Shown one piece after another: positions 1-8,232 of a stretch of 64,000 nucleotides of DNA. A program made the translations under genes and the position numbers. The notes beneath the pieces are model-generated. The model saw nothing but the letters and a program-made list of their open reading frames with translations, did no database searches and was not told where the DNA came from. The stretch is from a virus. Its lineage: Duplodnaviria > Caudoviricetes. The stretch covers positions 1,050 through 65,049 of IMG/VR virus record IMGVR_UViG_3300034149_000113; one strand, written 5' to 3'. How positions within the stretch are numbered: the stretch's first letter is position 1; every line of letters starts with the position of its first letter.

Positions 1-365
1 ACGACGCGACCGGCCACGCAGGTCGAGGTTGGGCCCGGCCACGAAGAGCCCAAGAGCGCTTACAACGAGCGCATGGCTAGGTATTTCAAGAGGTTAGGTG
101 CTCGCTGATAGTAATTTGCGAGGCCTAATCCACCAACAAGGTTAGAGGCCCAGTTCAAAGGGCCACTAAGTCACTGATTCGGCTGGGCGGGGGTTGGCCA
201 CAAGTGCCTTCTTCTTCTATATATTATAATATTTTAATATAGATGATGATTTAGGGTACGCGTATGCGCGCGCGCGACCCTAGATTATATTTCCCGATTG
301 TGCCCCCATGGTCTCCCCCCCTCCCCCTCACTCCTATTGGCACCCTATAGGAAAAGCAAGAAAGG
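1..365. repeat. Left copy of 365-bp exact direct repeat (terminal redundancy or circular-assembly overlap)
   Basis: 1-365 is identical to 63623-63987; the copies diverge at 366 vs 63988. Confidence 0.95.
217..335. other. AT-rich tract, (CG)n hairpin and polypyrimidine run; origin or packaging-signal candidate
   Basis: A/T-only run 218-241; TAGGGT...ACCCTA stem around an alternating CG tract (252-282); C/T run 313-335; non-coding. Confidence 0.4.
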
Positions 366-407
366 TCAAAATATAAACTTGCGCTAATGGATTCAGTGGC
401 CGATAAT
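366..407 (+). promoter_or_regulatory. Sigma70-type early promoter
   Basis: TTGCGC (379-384), 17-nt spacer, GATAAT (402-407); A/T-rich UP-like element upstream; precedes the first early gene. Confidence 0.65.
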
Positions 408-454
408 GGAAACATGTCTTTTCAACCCGCAGAATCCACTGAAAAGGGGCTAAT

Positions 455-742
455 GTGGCACGCAAGCCGCGCAAACCAGACTACGTTCCGACCTACGCGG
501 AGTGGGATTTGGCCCTTGAACTGCACTCTCTGAAGCTCGCCGAGCTGCGACAGGCTAAGCGGCAGGCCCAAGTAAAGGAGCACCGCGACGTGGTTCGTTG
601 GGAGAATACGATGGAACTGAAGCGCCTGCTGGACATGGTAGGTGGGAACGAGAACGACCCCTACTACATTTCCGAGAGCAGGCTGCTGCGCGAACAGTTG
701 GCCAAGCCGATGCGCAGGCCGCAAAGCGTAAAGGGCAGCTGA
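455..742 (+). CDS. Hypothetical early protein
   Basis: GTG start with AAGGGG SD; first gene after the promoter. Confidence 0.7.
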   Translation: MARKPRKPDYVPTYAEWDLALELHSLKLAELRQAKRQAQVKEHRDVVRWENTMELKRLLDMVGGNENDPYYISESRLLREQLAKPMRRPQSVKGS

Positions 743-743
743 C

Positions 744-1214
744 ATGGACGCCTACTCGACCGAACGCTACCGGCTCAAAGCCACCCAAGAAAAAGAACTG
801 CGCACGATGGTCAGTGGCCACGTGCAAGCGCGTCAACAGCTTGAGGCCAAGCACAAGGCCGAGCTGGATGCCCTGCGCGCAGCGTACGCACAGCGCGGTC
901 AGGTCAAACTTGGCCGACCGATACGGCCGCGCCCCGACCCCGAGGCCGTGCGTGGACTGTGGCGCGCTGGCAAGACCGCTGCCGAGATGGCGACCGACCT
1001 GCGTACCACCAAGCAGCACATCTATCAGGTGCTCAGCACGCTGCCCGAGTACCACCGGGTATGGGACATGTTGAAGACTGGTGTATGGCTGGCCGAGATT
1101 GCTGAGGAACTCGATCTACCCATGGCTGCTATCCAAGCAGTCAAGCTGTCGGCACGCAAGCGCGGCCACGACCTGTCACGCGACGCACGCTCAGCCCAGT
1201 TCAAGGGCAAGTAA
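744..1214 (+). CDS. Putative DNA-binding protein with two HTH-like segments
   Basis: GKTAAEMATDLRTTKQHIYQVL and GVWLAEIAEELDLPMAAIQ resemble tandem HTH motifs. Confidence 0.6.
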   Translation: MDAYSTERYRLKATQEKELRTMVSGHVQARQQLEAKHKAELDALRAAYAQRGQVKLGRPIRPRPDPEAVRGLWRAGKTAAEMATDLRTTKQHIYQVLSTLPEYHRVWDMLKTGVWLAEIAEELDLPMAAIQAVKLSARKRGHDLSRDARSAQFKGK

Positions 1215-1335
1215 CCCTCATCCACCCCAAACACTAACCCAATTCGGAAAGGAGGACCGGCACGACCTCGCATACCGTGGCCCCCTGGCCAGGCGAAGGC
1301 GCAGTACCCCACTAACTGACTGAGGAGTTATCAGC

Positions 1336-1776
1336 ATGGCAACCCCGCAGAACGGCAAGTCCCGCAAGGGTGGCAAGAAGAACCGCAAGTTCGGCCGCAA
1401 CGCCGGGCGCGCCGCGTCCAACAAGACGCAGGAGCAGCGCACGCACGACAACAAGCGCAAGGCCATCAAGCGCGACGCCGACGCCAAGATCGCGGCCAAG
1501 CGCAAGAAGAACGACGGCTTCATCAAGGGCAGCGCCACCCCGCACGGCACCGCCCGGATGGAGCGGCGCACCAAGCAGCGCTGGGTCAAGGCCATGTCCA
1601 CGGCCAAGGCCAAGAAGGCCGAGGCGCGCAAGATCGCGGAAGCCGCGCTGCACGGCGGGCACATCGTCGCCCTGCCCACGGCGCAGTCGCTGGCCTTGGT
1701 GGCCGCGTGGCAGAGGGCGAAGGCCGCGCACGCCGCCCGCGCCGAGAACAACCGCAACAAGCTGGTGAAGGTGTAA
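1336..1776 (+). CDS. Highly basic K/R/A-rich protein (nucleic-acid binding or histone-like)
   Basis: GAGGAG SD; strong phage codon bias; extreme Lys/Arg/Ala content. Confidence 0.75.
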   Translation: MATPQNGKSRKGGKKNRKFGRNAGRAASNKTQEQRTHDNKRKAIKRDADAKIAAKRKKNDGFIKGSATPHGTARMERRTKQRWVKAMSTAKAKKAEARKIAEAALHGGHIVALPTAQSLALVAAWQRAKAAHAARAENNRNKLVKV

Positions 1777-2081
1777 TGATGAAGGCGCGCACCAAGTTCT
1801 ACATCGACACCAAGCTGGTCGAGGTCGAGCGCAAGCTGGTCATGCTGGCCGGAGCCACCGAGGAGCGGCTGGGCCTGCTGGAGAACGCACCACCGGTGAT
1901 CCCTGATCCGCCCAAGGCACCGTACCCCAACGTCATCAGCATGACCGAGCCCACGCTGAAGGCACTGGTGGCCGAGTTCGACCGGCTGCTCACCAACGCG
2001 CTGAAACAGGCCGAGACCGTCAACCGCAACCGCTTCGCCAACCTGGAGCAGCGCATCGCCACCTTGGAGGGCAAGTCCTAA
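1776..2081 (+). CDS. Hypothetical coiled-coil protein
   Basis: TAATG overlap with the upstream stop; start reassigned from the ORF track. Confidence 0.7.
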   Translation: MMKARTKFYIDTKLVEVERKLVMLAGATEERLGLLENAPPVIPDPPKAPYPNVISMTEPTLKALVAEFDRLLTNALKQAETVNRNRFANLEQRIATLEGKS

Positions 2082-2083
2082 TC

Positions 2084-2332
2084 ATGGAAGTCATCGACAA
2101 CGCCAACGACATCACGCTACAACCCGGCGAAGCGGCTATCGTCTTCCGCCTCAACAACGTGCACGTCTACATGCACAGCAACGAAGACGCCGCGCCGGCC
2201 AGCCAGCCCACGCAGATGGTGGCCATCGTGGCCACGCTGTTGAGCGCGAGCAACCGCGACCTGTGGGCCGAGCTGCGCTCGCGCTTCGACGCCAAGCTGG
2301 AACAACAGGAGCAGGACAAGCCAAAGCCATGA
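2084..2332 (+). CDS. Hypothetical protein
   Basis: GGAGGG SD; tightly packed operon. Confidence 0.7.
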   Translation: MEVIDNANDITLQPGEAAIVFRLNNVHVYMHSNEDAAPASQPTQMVAIVATLLSASNRDLWAELRSRFDAKLEQQEQDKPKP

Positions 2333-2661
2333 CCACATTCCTGTTCCTGCTCAAGTACGGCCCCGATGGGCCCGAGCTTGACGACTGCCTCGACGTCACC
2401 GTGGCCGATGGCTTTACTTTCAGCGACCTGCTCAAGGCCGAGCAGGTGGCCGTGCGCATGGGCCAGCCGCTGGACGTATCGGCGCAGCAACTCGCACGCG
2501 CAGCAAAGATGATCGGCTTGCGCGCACGCTTGGACGGTGCCTGCGACGGACCGTTCGTGCTCCGGCACGACGGCGACCTGTCACGCGATCAACTGCTCAA
2601 GCTGCTGCGCGATAAGGCGCTACTCAAGCGCGTTCGAGCTGAGTGCAGGATACAGCTATGA
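2329..2661 (+). CDS. Hypothetical protein
   Basis: ATGA overlap; MTTFLFLLKYG start. Confidence 0.65.
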   Translation: MTTFLFLLKYGPDGPELDDCLDVTVADGFTFSDLLKAEQVAVRMGQPLDVSAQQLARAAKMIGLRARLDGACDGPFVLRHDGDLSRDQLLKLLRDKALLKRVRAECRIQL

Positions 2662-2924
2662 AGGCGACTTGCATGGACGCACGCTTGTTTGAAAGCCTGC
2701 GCGACACCACGTCCCTGTTCCTCGCCTACAAGCTGCGCGTGCATTACCTGACTGAGGCCAACTTCAAGGGCACTGCAGTCATCGCTCGCAAGTTGCACGC
2801 GCTCGGCGTGCCGGTGGAAGTGGCCGCTTGGCTGCTCACCCCCGGCGCGCCCGGCGCGCCACCGGTGTCTTGGGTTCCGCACCAGCCCGAGGTGATCGAG
2901 ATTACGCCCTTGGTGCACCACTGA
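2658..2924 (+). CDS. Hypothetical protein
   Basis: ATGA overlap with the previous gene. Confidence 0.6.
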   Translation: MKATCMDARLFESLRDTTSLFLAYKLRVHYLTEANFKGTAVIARKLHALGVPVEVAAWLLTPGAPGAPPVSWVPHQPEVIEITPLVHH

Positions 2925-2944
2925 CTCACTGGAGAACTAACAGT

Positions 2945-3466
2945 ATGAACGCAAGCAACCTGAAGTCGGTGCTGGCCATCGTGGCCAACGCCATCGCCGT
3001 GAAAGCGGCGACCGAGAACGAGGAGCGCAACAAGCAGGCCGCGCTCGACTCCAAGGCCATGAACGAAAACCACGCCGCCAAGCGCGCCATCGTGTCCAAG
3101 CTCATCAAGAGCGCGCCCATCGACAAGTCCATCGCCATCGTCTGGCGCAGCACCGATGTGCAGAGCGACTACAGCTTCGAGGCCAAGCTGTCGCCGTGGG
3201 CGAAGGGCCTGCTCGACAAGCAGAGCGAGGATCACCGCGCCGACTGCGAGGCGCTCACCGAGAAGTACGCGGTGAGCACGCTGCGCTTCACCTACGGCAC
3301 CGGGAGCAACGACTACACCCACGTCAACGTGGGCAAGGCGCGCCGGGCCGCGTACGTCAAGCTGCGCGACGAGTACGACGCGCTGCGGGTGTCGCTGCTG
3401 ATGAGCGACGACAAGGCGGCAGCTGCGGCCATCCGTGCCTTCCAAGCCAAGATCGGGAAGCTGTAA
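2945..3466 (+). CDS. Hypothetical protein
   Basis: GGAG SD after ACTGACTCACT; strong codon bias. Confidence 0.75.
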   Translation: MNASNLKSVLAIVANAIAVKAATENEERNKQAALDSKAMNENHAAKRAIVSKLIKSAPIDKSIAIVWRSTDVQSDYSFEAKLSPWAKGLLDKQSEDHRADCEALTEKYAVSTLRFTYGTGSNDYTHVNVGKARRAAYVKLRDEYDALRVSLLMSDDKAAAAAIRAFQAKIGKL

Positions 3467-4077
3467 TGGCCACTGCCAAGAGCAAGGAGCAGCAGCGCAT
3501 CGCGCGCATACGCAACCACCCGGCCAACAAGAAAGCGTTGGCTGGGATGAAGCGCAAGTACGTGCGCAAGGTGCGCTCCGACGCGAGCGCGGCACCGGAA
3601 GCGGCCAAGTTCACCACCCGCACGCCGCCCATGAAGGACGTGATCGCCTACGTGGACGAGCGCTTGCTGTTCGTCGTCAACCACGAATCGGCGCACATGC
3701 AGGTGCTGCTGAAGAAGGCCAACGAGCGCATCGACAAGTTGCAGGTGTTCGTCAACCAGCAGGCCGATGCCATCGTCAAGCTGCAATTCCCGGCCGTGGC
3801 AGGCGGCAGGGGCAAGGTCGACATCATGCGCGACTTGTTCGACAACCCACCCCGCAGCTGGGAACTGATGGACTTGACCGGCATCCCCGGTCAGGCCGAC
3901 AAGCCCAAGGCACCCGACTGGCGCTCCGTCGTGATGGAGTCCTCGCGCAAGGAGAACGAGCGCTTGCGCTTGGAGGGTGTGCGCAAGGACGAGGTGATCG
4001 AGCGCCAGCGCAAGACCATCACCAAGCTGTGCACCATGGTGCCGCATGACGTGCTGAAGAAGGCCATGGAGGGATGA
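3466..4077 (+). CDS. Hypothetical protein (basic N-terminus, coiled coils)
   Basis: TAATG overlap; start reassigned to MATAKSK. Confidence 0.7.
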   Translation: MATAKSKEQQRIARIRNHPANKKALAGMKRKYVRKVRSDASAAPEAAKFTTRTPPMKDVIAYVDERLLFVVNHESAHMQVLLKKANERIDKLQVFVNQQADAIVKLQFPAVAGGRGKVDIMRDLFDNPPRSWELMDLTGIPGQADKPKAPDWRSVVMESSRKENERLRLEGVRKDEVIERQRKTITKLCTMVPHDVLKKAMEG

Positions 4078-4529
4078 TGCTCAACGATGTGATCTTCGAT
4101 GTTGACGGCACCCTGCTCGACATCCAGCACCGGGTGCACCTGATCCGGCCACCCAACGGCGGGAAGAAGGAGTGGCGTGCGTTCCGGGCGCAAGCTGTCA
4201 ACGACTCCATCATTGCCCCCATCGCCATGCTGGCGCGCATGCTCTACAACCGGCACGACGTGCGCATCATCATCAGCACCGGGCGCATGGAGGACGAGCG
4301 ACCTGTCACGACCGAGATGCTGGCCGCGCACGGGGTAAACTACAACCGCATGTACATGAGGAAGCAGGACGACTTCCGCGCCGACTCCGACATCAAGCGG
4401 GAGATGCTGGCGCAGATGCGCGGGGACGGCTTCAACCCGGTGCTGGTGTTCGATGACCGCCAGCAGGTGGTGGACATGTGGCGTGCTGAAGGGCTGACCT
4501 GTTGCCAGGTGGCACCGGGGCAGTTCTAA
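4074..4529 (+). CDS. HAD-family polynucleotide 3'-phosphatase (T4 PseT C-terminal-like)
   Basis: IFDVDGTL (DxDGT), STGR, RKQDDFRADSDIK and FDDRQQVVDMWR motifs typical of PNKP phosphatase domains. Confidence 0.85.
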   Translation: MMLNDVIFDVDGTLLDIQHRVHLIRPPNGGKKEWRAFRAQAVNDSIIAPIAMLARMLYNRHDVRIIISTGRMEDERPVTTEMLAAHGVNYNRMYMRKQDDFRADSDIKREMLAQMRGDGFNPVLVFDDRQQVVDMWRAEGLTCCQVAPGQF

Positions 4530-4537
4530 TAATCAAC

Positions 4538-4625
4538 GGGCAGTTGGGCGAACTGGATAAGCCACCGGGCTGTAACCCCGGAGTCGCGGCTGCGCGTGGA
4601 GGTTCGAGTCCTCCACTGCCCACCA
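4538..4625 (+). tRNA. tRNA-Tyr(GUA) with long variable arm and encoded CCA
   Basis: Acceptor GGGCAGT/ACTGCCC, discriminator A, CCA; anticodon stem CCGGG/CCCGG with loop CTGTAAC; T arm GGAGG-TTCGAGT-CCTCC. Confidence 0.95.
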
Positions 4626-4629
4626 GAAC

Positions 4630-5180
4630 GTGTGGGGGTCGCTCCCCGCTAGCGCAAGAGGCGTGCGTGAAGAGAAGCGGGTAGCTACCGCTGTTCGCCT
4701 AAGCCTGTAACAATTCAGGTCGCAGTGGTGGCGGCGACAGTATCGAACCGTACGGACCAAGCCAGTACGGATCAAGCCGTGAGAGGGACGGTATCCACCA
4801 ACTACAAAGGCTCCTGCGGCTTATGCAGGAACTGGCGGTGAGCCGGCGGGCAGTGGGCATTTGGAGCCCCATCGTGCACAGATCACACTGTGGTTTGTAC
4901 GGGTCCAGCCGGTCAACGGGGGCAGTACGGCATCGAAGGGTGGCCGTGGACTGTCAGTCTCAATGCGGTAACCGAGCAGGTGCGCTATGAAGTAAGGTTA
5001 GCCCCTACCTGCGGGCAGGCATACCGGAAGTGCGCAGCAGGCTGTACGCGAGGTTGCGGTCGCGTGGGCAGGCACTGACCAAGAGTGGCTGTAATGCACG
5101 AACTCCCTTGCTGGTGGACGGGACACAACGCGGCATCCCCCCGAAGGGTGCAACGCCGTGCCCGCTGGCAGGGGATTCGA
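4630..5180 (+). ncRNA. Candidate large structured ncRNA downstream of tRNA-Tyr
   Basis: ~550 nt with no credible CDS; at least ten stem-loops, a multiloop closed by GGCTCC/GGAGCC, and a long terminal hairpin 5104-5176. Confidence 0.55.
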
Positions 5181-5205
5181 CTTACTTACCGAGGGAGAGC
5201 CGGCG

Positions 5206-5478
5206 ATGGAAGGCAGGTTGAAGTGGAAGCGGGAAAAGCGTGGCCGCGTTATCCGCACGCTGTTCAAGATCGACGACGACGGACACATCAGCACCATGAG
5301 CCTCGTCGCTGCCATCAAGCGGCGAGGACACAACCGCTACACCGTGATGATCTACGAGCGCAACAACAGCCCGAGGTACTGGAGGACCGACACGCCGAAG
5401 GAGAAGTTCGACACCGAGGACATCCCGCTGGCGGCGGTCAAGACCATTGCGCTGCTGATGGCGCGCAACCAGAGCTAG
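5206..5478 (+). CDS. Hypothetical small beta-rich protein
   Basis: GAGGGAG SD; start reassigned to MEGRLKW. Confidence 0.65.
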   Translation: MEGRLKWKREKRGRVIRTLFKIDDDGHISTMSLVAAIKRRGHNRYTVMIYERNNSPRYWRTDTPKEKFDTEDIPLAAVKTIALLMARNQS

Positions 5479-5480
5479 CC

Positions 5481-5741
5481 ATGGCCCGTTACGAGACGAG
5501 GCAGTACAAGAGCGACGCCGCGCCCACGCGTGGCGTGTTCATCATCGACACCGAGAGCAACAGCCCGACCAAGCCCGTCATTGAGTTCCACATCGGCAAC
5601 GGGCACACCCTGGACGCGCAGATCATGCGCGTGGTGGAATACGCTGCCTTCCTCAACATGCAAGACGAGGCAGCGAAGAAGGCCATGCGCGAAATCACCA
5701 TCGCTTCGGCGGTGGCACAGCGCATGACTGGCAACAAGTAA
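5481..5741 (+). CDS. Hypothetical protein
   Basis: 3' part of ORF 5085..5741 starting MARYETRQ; codon bias. Confidence 0.65.
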   Translation: MARYETRQYKSDAAPTRGVFIIDTESNSPTKPVIEFHIGNGHTLDAQIMRVVEYAAFLNMQDEAAKKAMREITIASAVAQRMTGNK

Positions 5742-5911
5742 AGCAGCATGGCCACCACAGGCGCGCCCGGCTGGCATATCTAAAAGCGGCCTGTGCAGGC
5801 GACGGGGTTTTGCGGTCTTCCCCTGTCGCCTACTCCTGAGTAGACAGTCCGGGCGGGGATTGTACCAATATGCCATCCGCCCCAGTACCCAACTCATTGA
5901 CTGGAGGTTAC

Positions 5912-6097
5912 ATGCACAGCATCGGCAACATCTTCCTGTTCCTGCGCTACTTCGTCGGCTTCATGTTCAGCGCGATCTTCAACGCGCCGCTGGCGGGTGT
6001 GCGCTACGCCGCCTTCCGCATCCACTTCAACGGCTGCAAGGAATGCCAAGCCAAGTACGCAGCTGGCCAGCGGCCCGACCTGTCACGCGAGGACTGA
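5912..6097 (+). CDS. Small putative membrane protein
   Basis: GGAGG SD; hydrophobic stretch IFLFLRYFVGFMFSAIF. Confidence 0.6.
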   Translation: MHSIGNIFLFLRYFVGFMFSAIFNAPLAGVRYAAFRIHFNGCKECQAKYAAGQRPDLSRED

Positions 6098-6098
6098 C

Positions 6099-6242
6099 AT
6101 GGCTACCATCGCCCAACTGATCGACTACTTGCAACAGTTCGACCCGGACACGCCGGTGTATCTGCTGCACACCGACCTGCCCAACGACGACGCGCCCGGC
6201 GTGCTGCTCAACGTGGCCATGGATGCGCTCAATGGCGACTAA
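6099..6242 (+). CDS. Hypothetical small protein
   Basis: GAGGA SD; MATIAQLIDYLQQFDPDTPV resembles common small phage proteins. Confidence 0.6.
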   Translation: MATIAQLIDYLQQFDPDTPVYLLHTDLPNDDAPGVLLNVAMDALNGD

Positions 6243-6420
6243 TACCACATCACCGGCCTTCCTCTGGGCACGGGAGCAGGAGCGCAAACGCGCAGAGGCT
6301 AAACGGCTTAGAGAACAACAGCGGATAGACGAGGTCTCTCTCCTGCGTCGCTTGGTGCTGCGCATCATCCAGCTGGAGCGCAGCAGCGAAGCGTGGACGC
6401 AGCTGGAGATGAAGCTGTGA
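6232..6420 (+). CDS. Hypothetical protein
   Basis: Fills the gap in the operon; weak codon bias. Confidence 0.4.
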   Translation: MATNTTSPAFLWAREQERKRAEAKRLREQQRIDEVSLLRRLVLRIIQLERSSEAWTQLEMKL

Positions 6421-6671
6421 GCCAACTGGAAGATGCACGCACTCGCTTCGACGTTCGCGTGCGCCAGCAGGAAGGCTGGTGCATAGATAGTGTTCACGGG
6501 CGTGCGGTTATCACCAGAGGCCAGACCGAGCCTTGGGCAAAAATCTTCGCCACTCACGAAGAAGCGCGTGCCTTCGTGCAGCGCAAGGCCGAAGAAGGCA
6601 GCGCCTACCACCGGGACGTGCTGGTGCATCTGGCGCTGATGGCTTTCCACGTAGACGAGGAAGAAGCATGA
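6417..6671 (+). CDS. Hypothetical protein
   Basis: GTGA overlap. Confidence 0.55.
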   Translation: MSQLEDARTRFDVRVRQQEGWCIDSVHGRAVITRGQTEPWAKIFATHEEARAFVQRKAEEGSAYHRDVLVHLALMAFHVDEEEA

Positions 6672-6901
6672 GCACCAGAATACGTCGCACCAGCGGAGCC
6701 AACGTGCGCAACCACGTCATGTCAGGAGCCAAGCCGTTCAGCGTCGACAAGGATGCCGTGACCATGCTGCTCGCTGCCTTCGGCTACCCGCAGCTAGGGT
6801 CTGTCCCGCATCCGTTCAAACACTCGCCCCTGCCTGCGGGGTGGTCCACCTGCACTTCCGTGATGAACGAAATGCTAGACGAGGAGGACATCGACACTTG
6901 A
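6668..6901 (+). CDS. Hypothetical protein
   Basis: GAGG SD; ATGA overlap. Confidence 0.55.
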   Translation: MSTRIRRTSGANVRNHVMSGAKPFSVDKDAVTMLLAAFGYPQLGSVPHPFKHSPLPAGWSTCTSVMNEMLDEEDIDT

Positions 6902-6967
6902 CACGCAGCACCCAGCACGTACCATTGGTTCACTCACTCAACGCAGCAGAAAAGGAGTCACTGACTT

Positions 6968-7972
6968 ATGAAGTACAGCGATCTTCGCACTACCATCCTC
7001 GCCCAGTTCCTCGCTCCGCAAGGGCACCGCATCGTCCCGGTCATCAAGGGCAAGCCCGGCGGCGGCAAGTCGGCGCTGTCCCGCGACGTGATGCACGACC
7101 CGGCGCTTGGTTTGCAGTTGGTGATCGAGTTCAATGGCTCACTGCGTGAGCCTGCGGACATCTTGGGCATCCCCTTCAAGAGCGACGACGGCACGCACTC
7201 CAAGTGGTTGCCGCCCGAGGAGATGTGGATGCTCCAGCACGGGCGCGTCGGCCTGATCCTGGAAGAGTACTCCGACGCCACGGTGGCGATGCAGAACGCC
7301 GAGTGCCGGGTCATCTACGACCGCTACGCGGGTCAGCTCAAGCTGTCGGACACCTTGTTCATCATCGGCACCGGCAACCGGACGGAAGACAAGTCCGGGG
7401 CCAACCGGGTGACGAGCAAGTTCCACAACCGTGTGCGCCAGTACATGTTCGACGAGAACATCGACGACTGGGCCGACTGGGCGCTGAACAAGGGGATCGA
7501 CGTGATCCTGATCCAGTTCCTGCGCTTCCGGCCGAACCTGCTGTCCGACTTCGTGCCGGATCGGGCGATCAACCCGACGCCGCGCAAGTGGGAGGACGTG
7601 TCGCTGATCCCGTCCGAGCTGCCCACCAACTTGTACTTCGAGTCGGTAGCGGGTGACGTCGGCGAGGGCGCGGCAGCGGAGTACACCGGCTTCCGTCGCA
7701 TCTACGAAGGCCTGCCCAACATCGACGGCATCATCATGAACCCGGCGAAGGCCGACGTGCCGAAGGACCCGGCAGTGCTGTACGCGCTTACGGGTGCGCT
7801 TGCTCACCGTGTGAGCAAGGACAACTTCGACCGCGTCAGCGAGTACACGCAGCGCCTGCCGTCGGACTTCCAGGTGATGTGCATCAACGATGCGCTGAAG
7901 CTGAAGCCCGAGATCAAGCAGACCAAGGCGTTCGTGCAGTTCGCGGTGCGCAACTCCAACCTGCTGATCTAA
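6968..7972 (+). CDS. MoxR-like AAA+ ATPase
   Basis: Walker A GKPGGGKS, Walker B ILEEYSDA, GTGNR sensor, PTPRKWE; vWA partner downstream. Confidence 0.85.
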   Translation: MKYSDLRTTILAQFLAPQGHRIVPVIKGKPGGGKSALSRDVMHDPALGLQLVIEFNGSLREPADILGIPFKSDDGTHSKWLPPEEMWMLQHGRVGLILEEYSDATVAMQNAECRVIYDRYAGQLKLSDTLFIIGTGNRTEDKSGANRVTSKFHNRVRQYMFDENIDDWADWALNKGIDVILIQFLRFRPNLLSDFVPDRAINPTPRKWEDVSLIPSELPTNLYFESVAGDVGEGAAAEYTGFRRIYEGLPNIDGIIMNPAKADVPKDPAVLYALTGALAHRVSKDNFDRVSEYTQRLPSDFQVMCINDALKLKPEIKQTKAFVQFAVRNSNLLI

Positions 7973-7983
7973 GCGAGGCGGCG

Positions 7984-8211
7984 GTGGATGTGGAGTGGTT
8001 GCGCCGCCCCGACAAGAAGGGCGCGCAGGGCTGCTTCGGCTTGGTCGACAGAGGCTACAAGATGTTCCTCTTCGACCAGAAAGAAGGGCAGGAATGGCAC
8101 GGCAGCTACTACGACGACAAGATCGAAGTATGTCGCGTCACTTTCCCCGCCACATCCACCGAAGCCGAAGCCAGAGACGCACTGGTGGTTGCCTGGCGCA
8201 TGTCGCAGTAA
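7984..8211 (+). CDS. Small hypothetical protein (C-terminal VVAWRMS)
   Basis: GAGG SD with GTG start. Confidence 0.6.
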   Translation: MDVEWLRRPDKKGAQGCFGLVDRGYKMFLFDQKEGQEWHGSYYDDKIEVCRVTFPATSTEAEARDALVVAWRMSQ

Positions 8212-8232
8212 CTCACTTAACGGAGAACCAGT

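Noticed and set aside
4538-4625. Suppressor tRNA or genome recoding
   Set aside because: Anticodon is GUA (Tyr); genes end normally at TAA, TAG and TGA
4626-4800. Theta/HDV-like ribozyme, hammerhead or group II intron directly after the tRNA
   Set aside because: Could not build the P1-P4 pseudoknot, a CUGANGA/GAAA core or a domain V by eye; kept only as a generic ncRNA candidate pending Infernal
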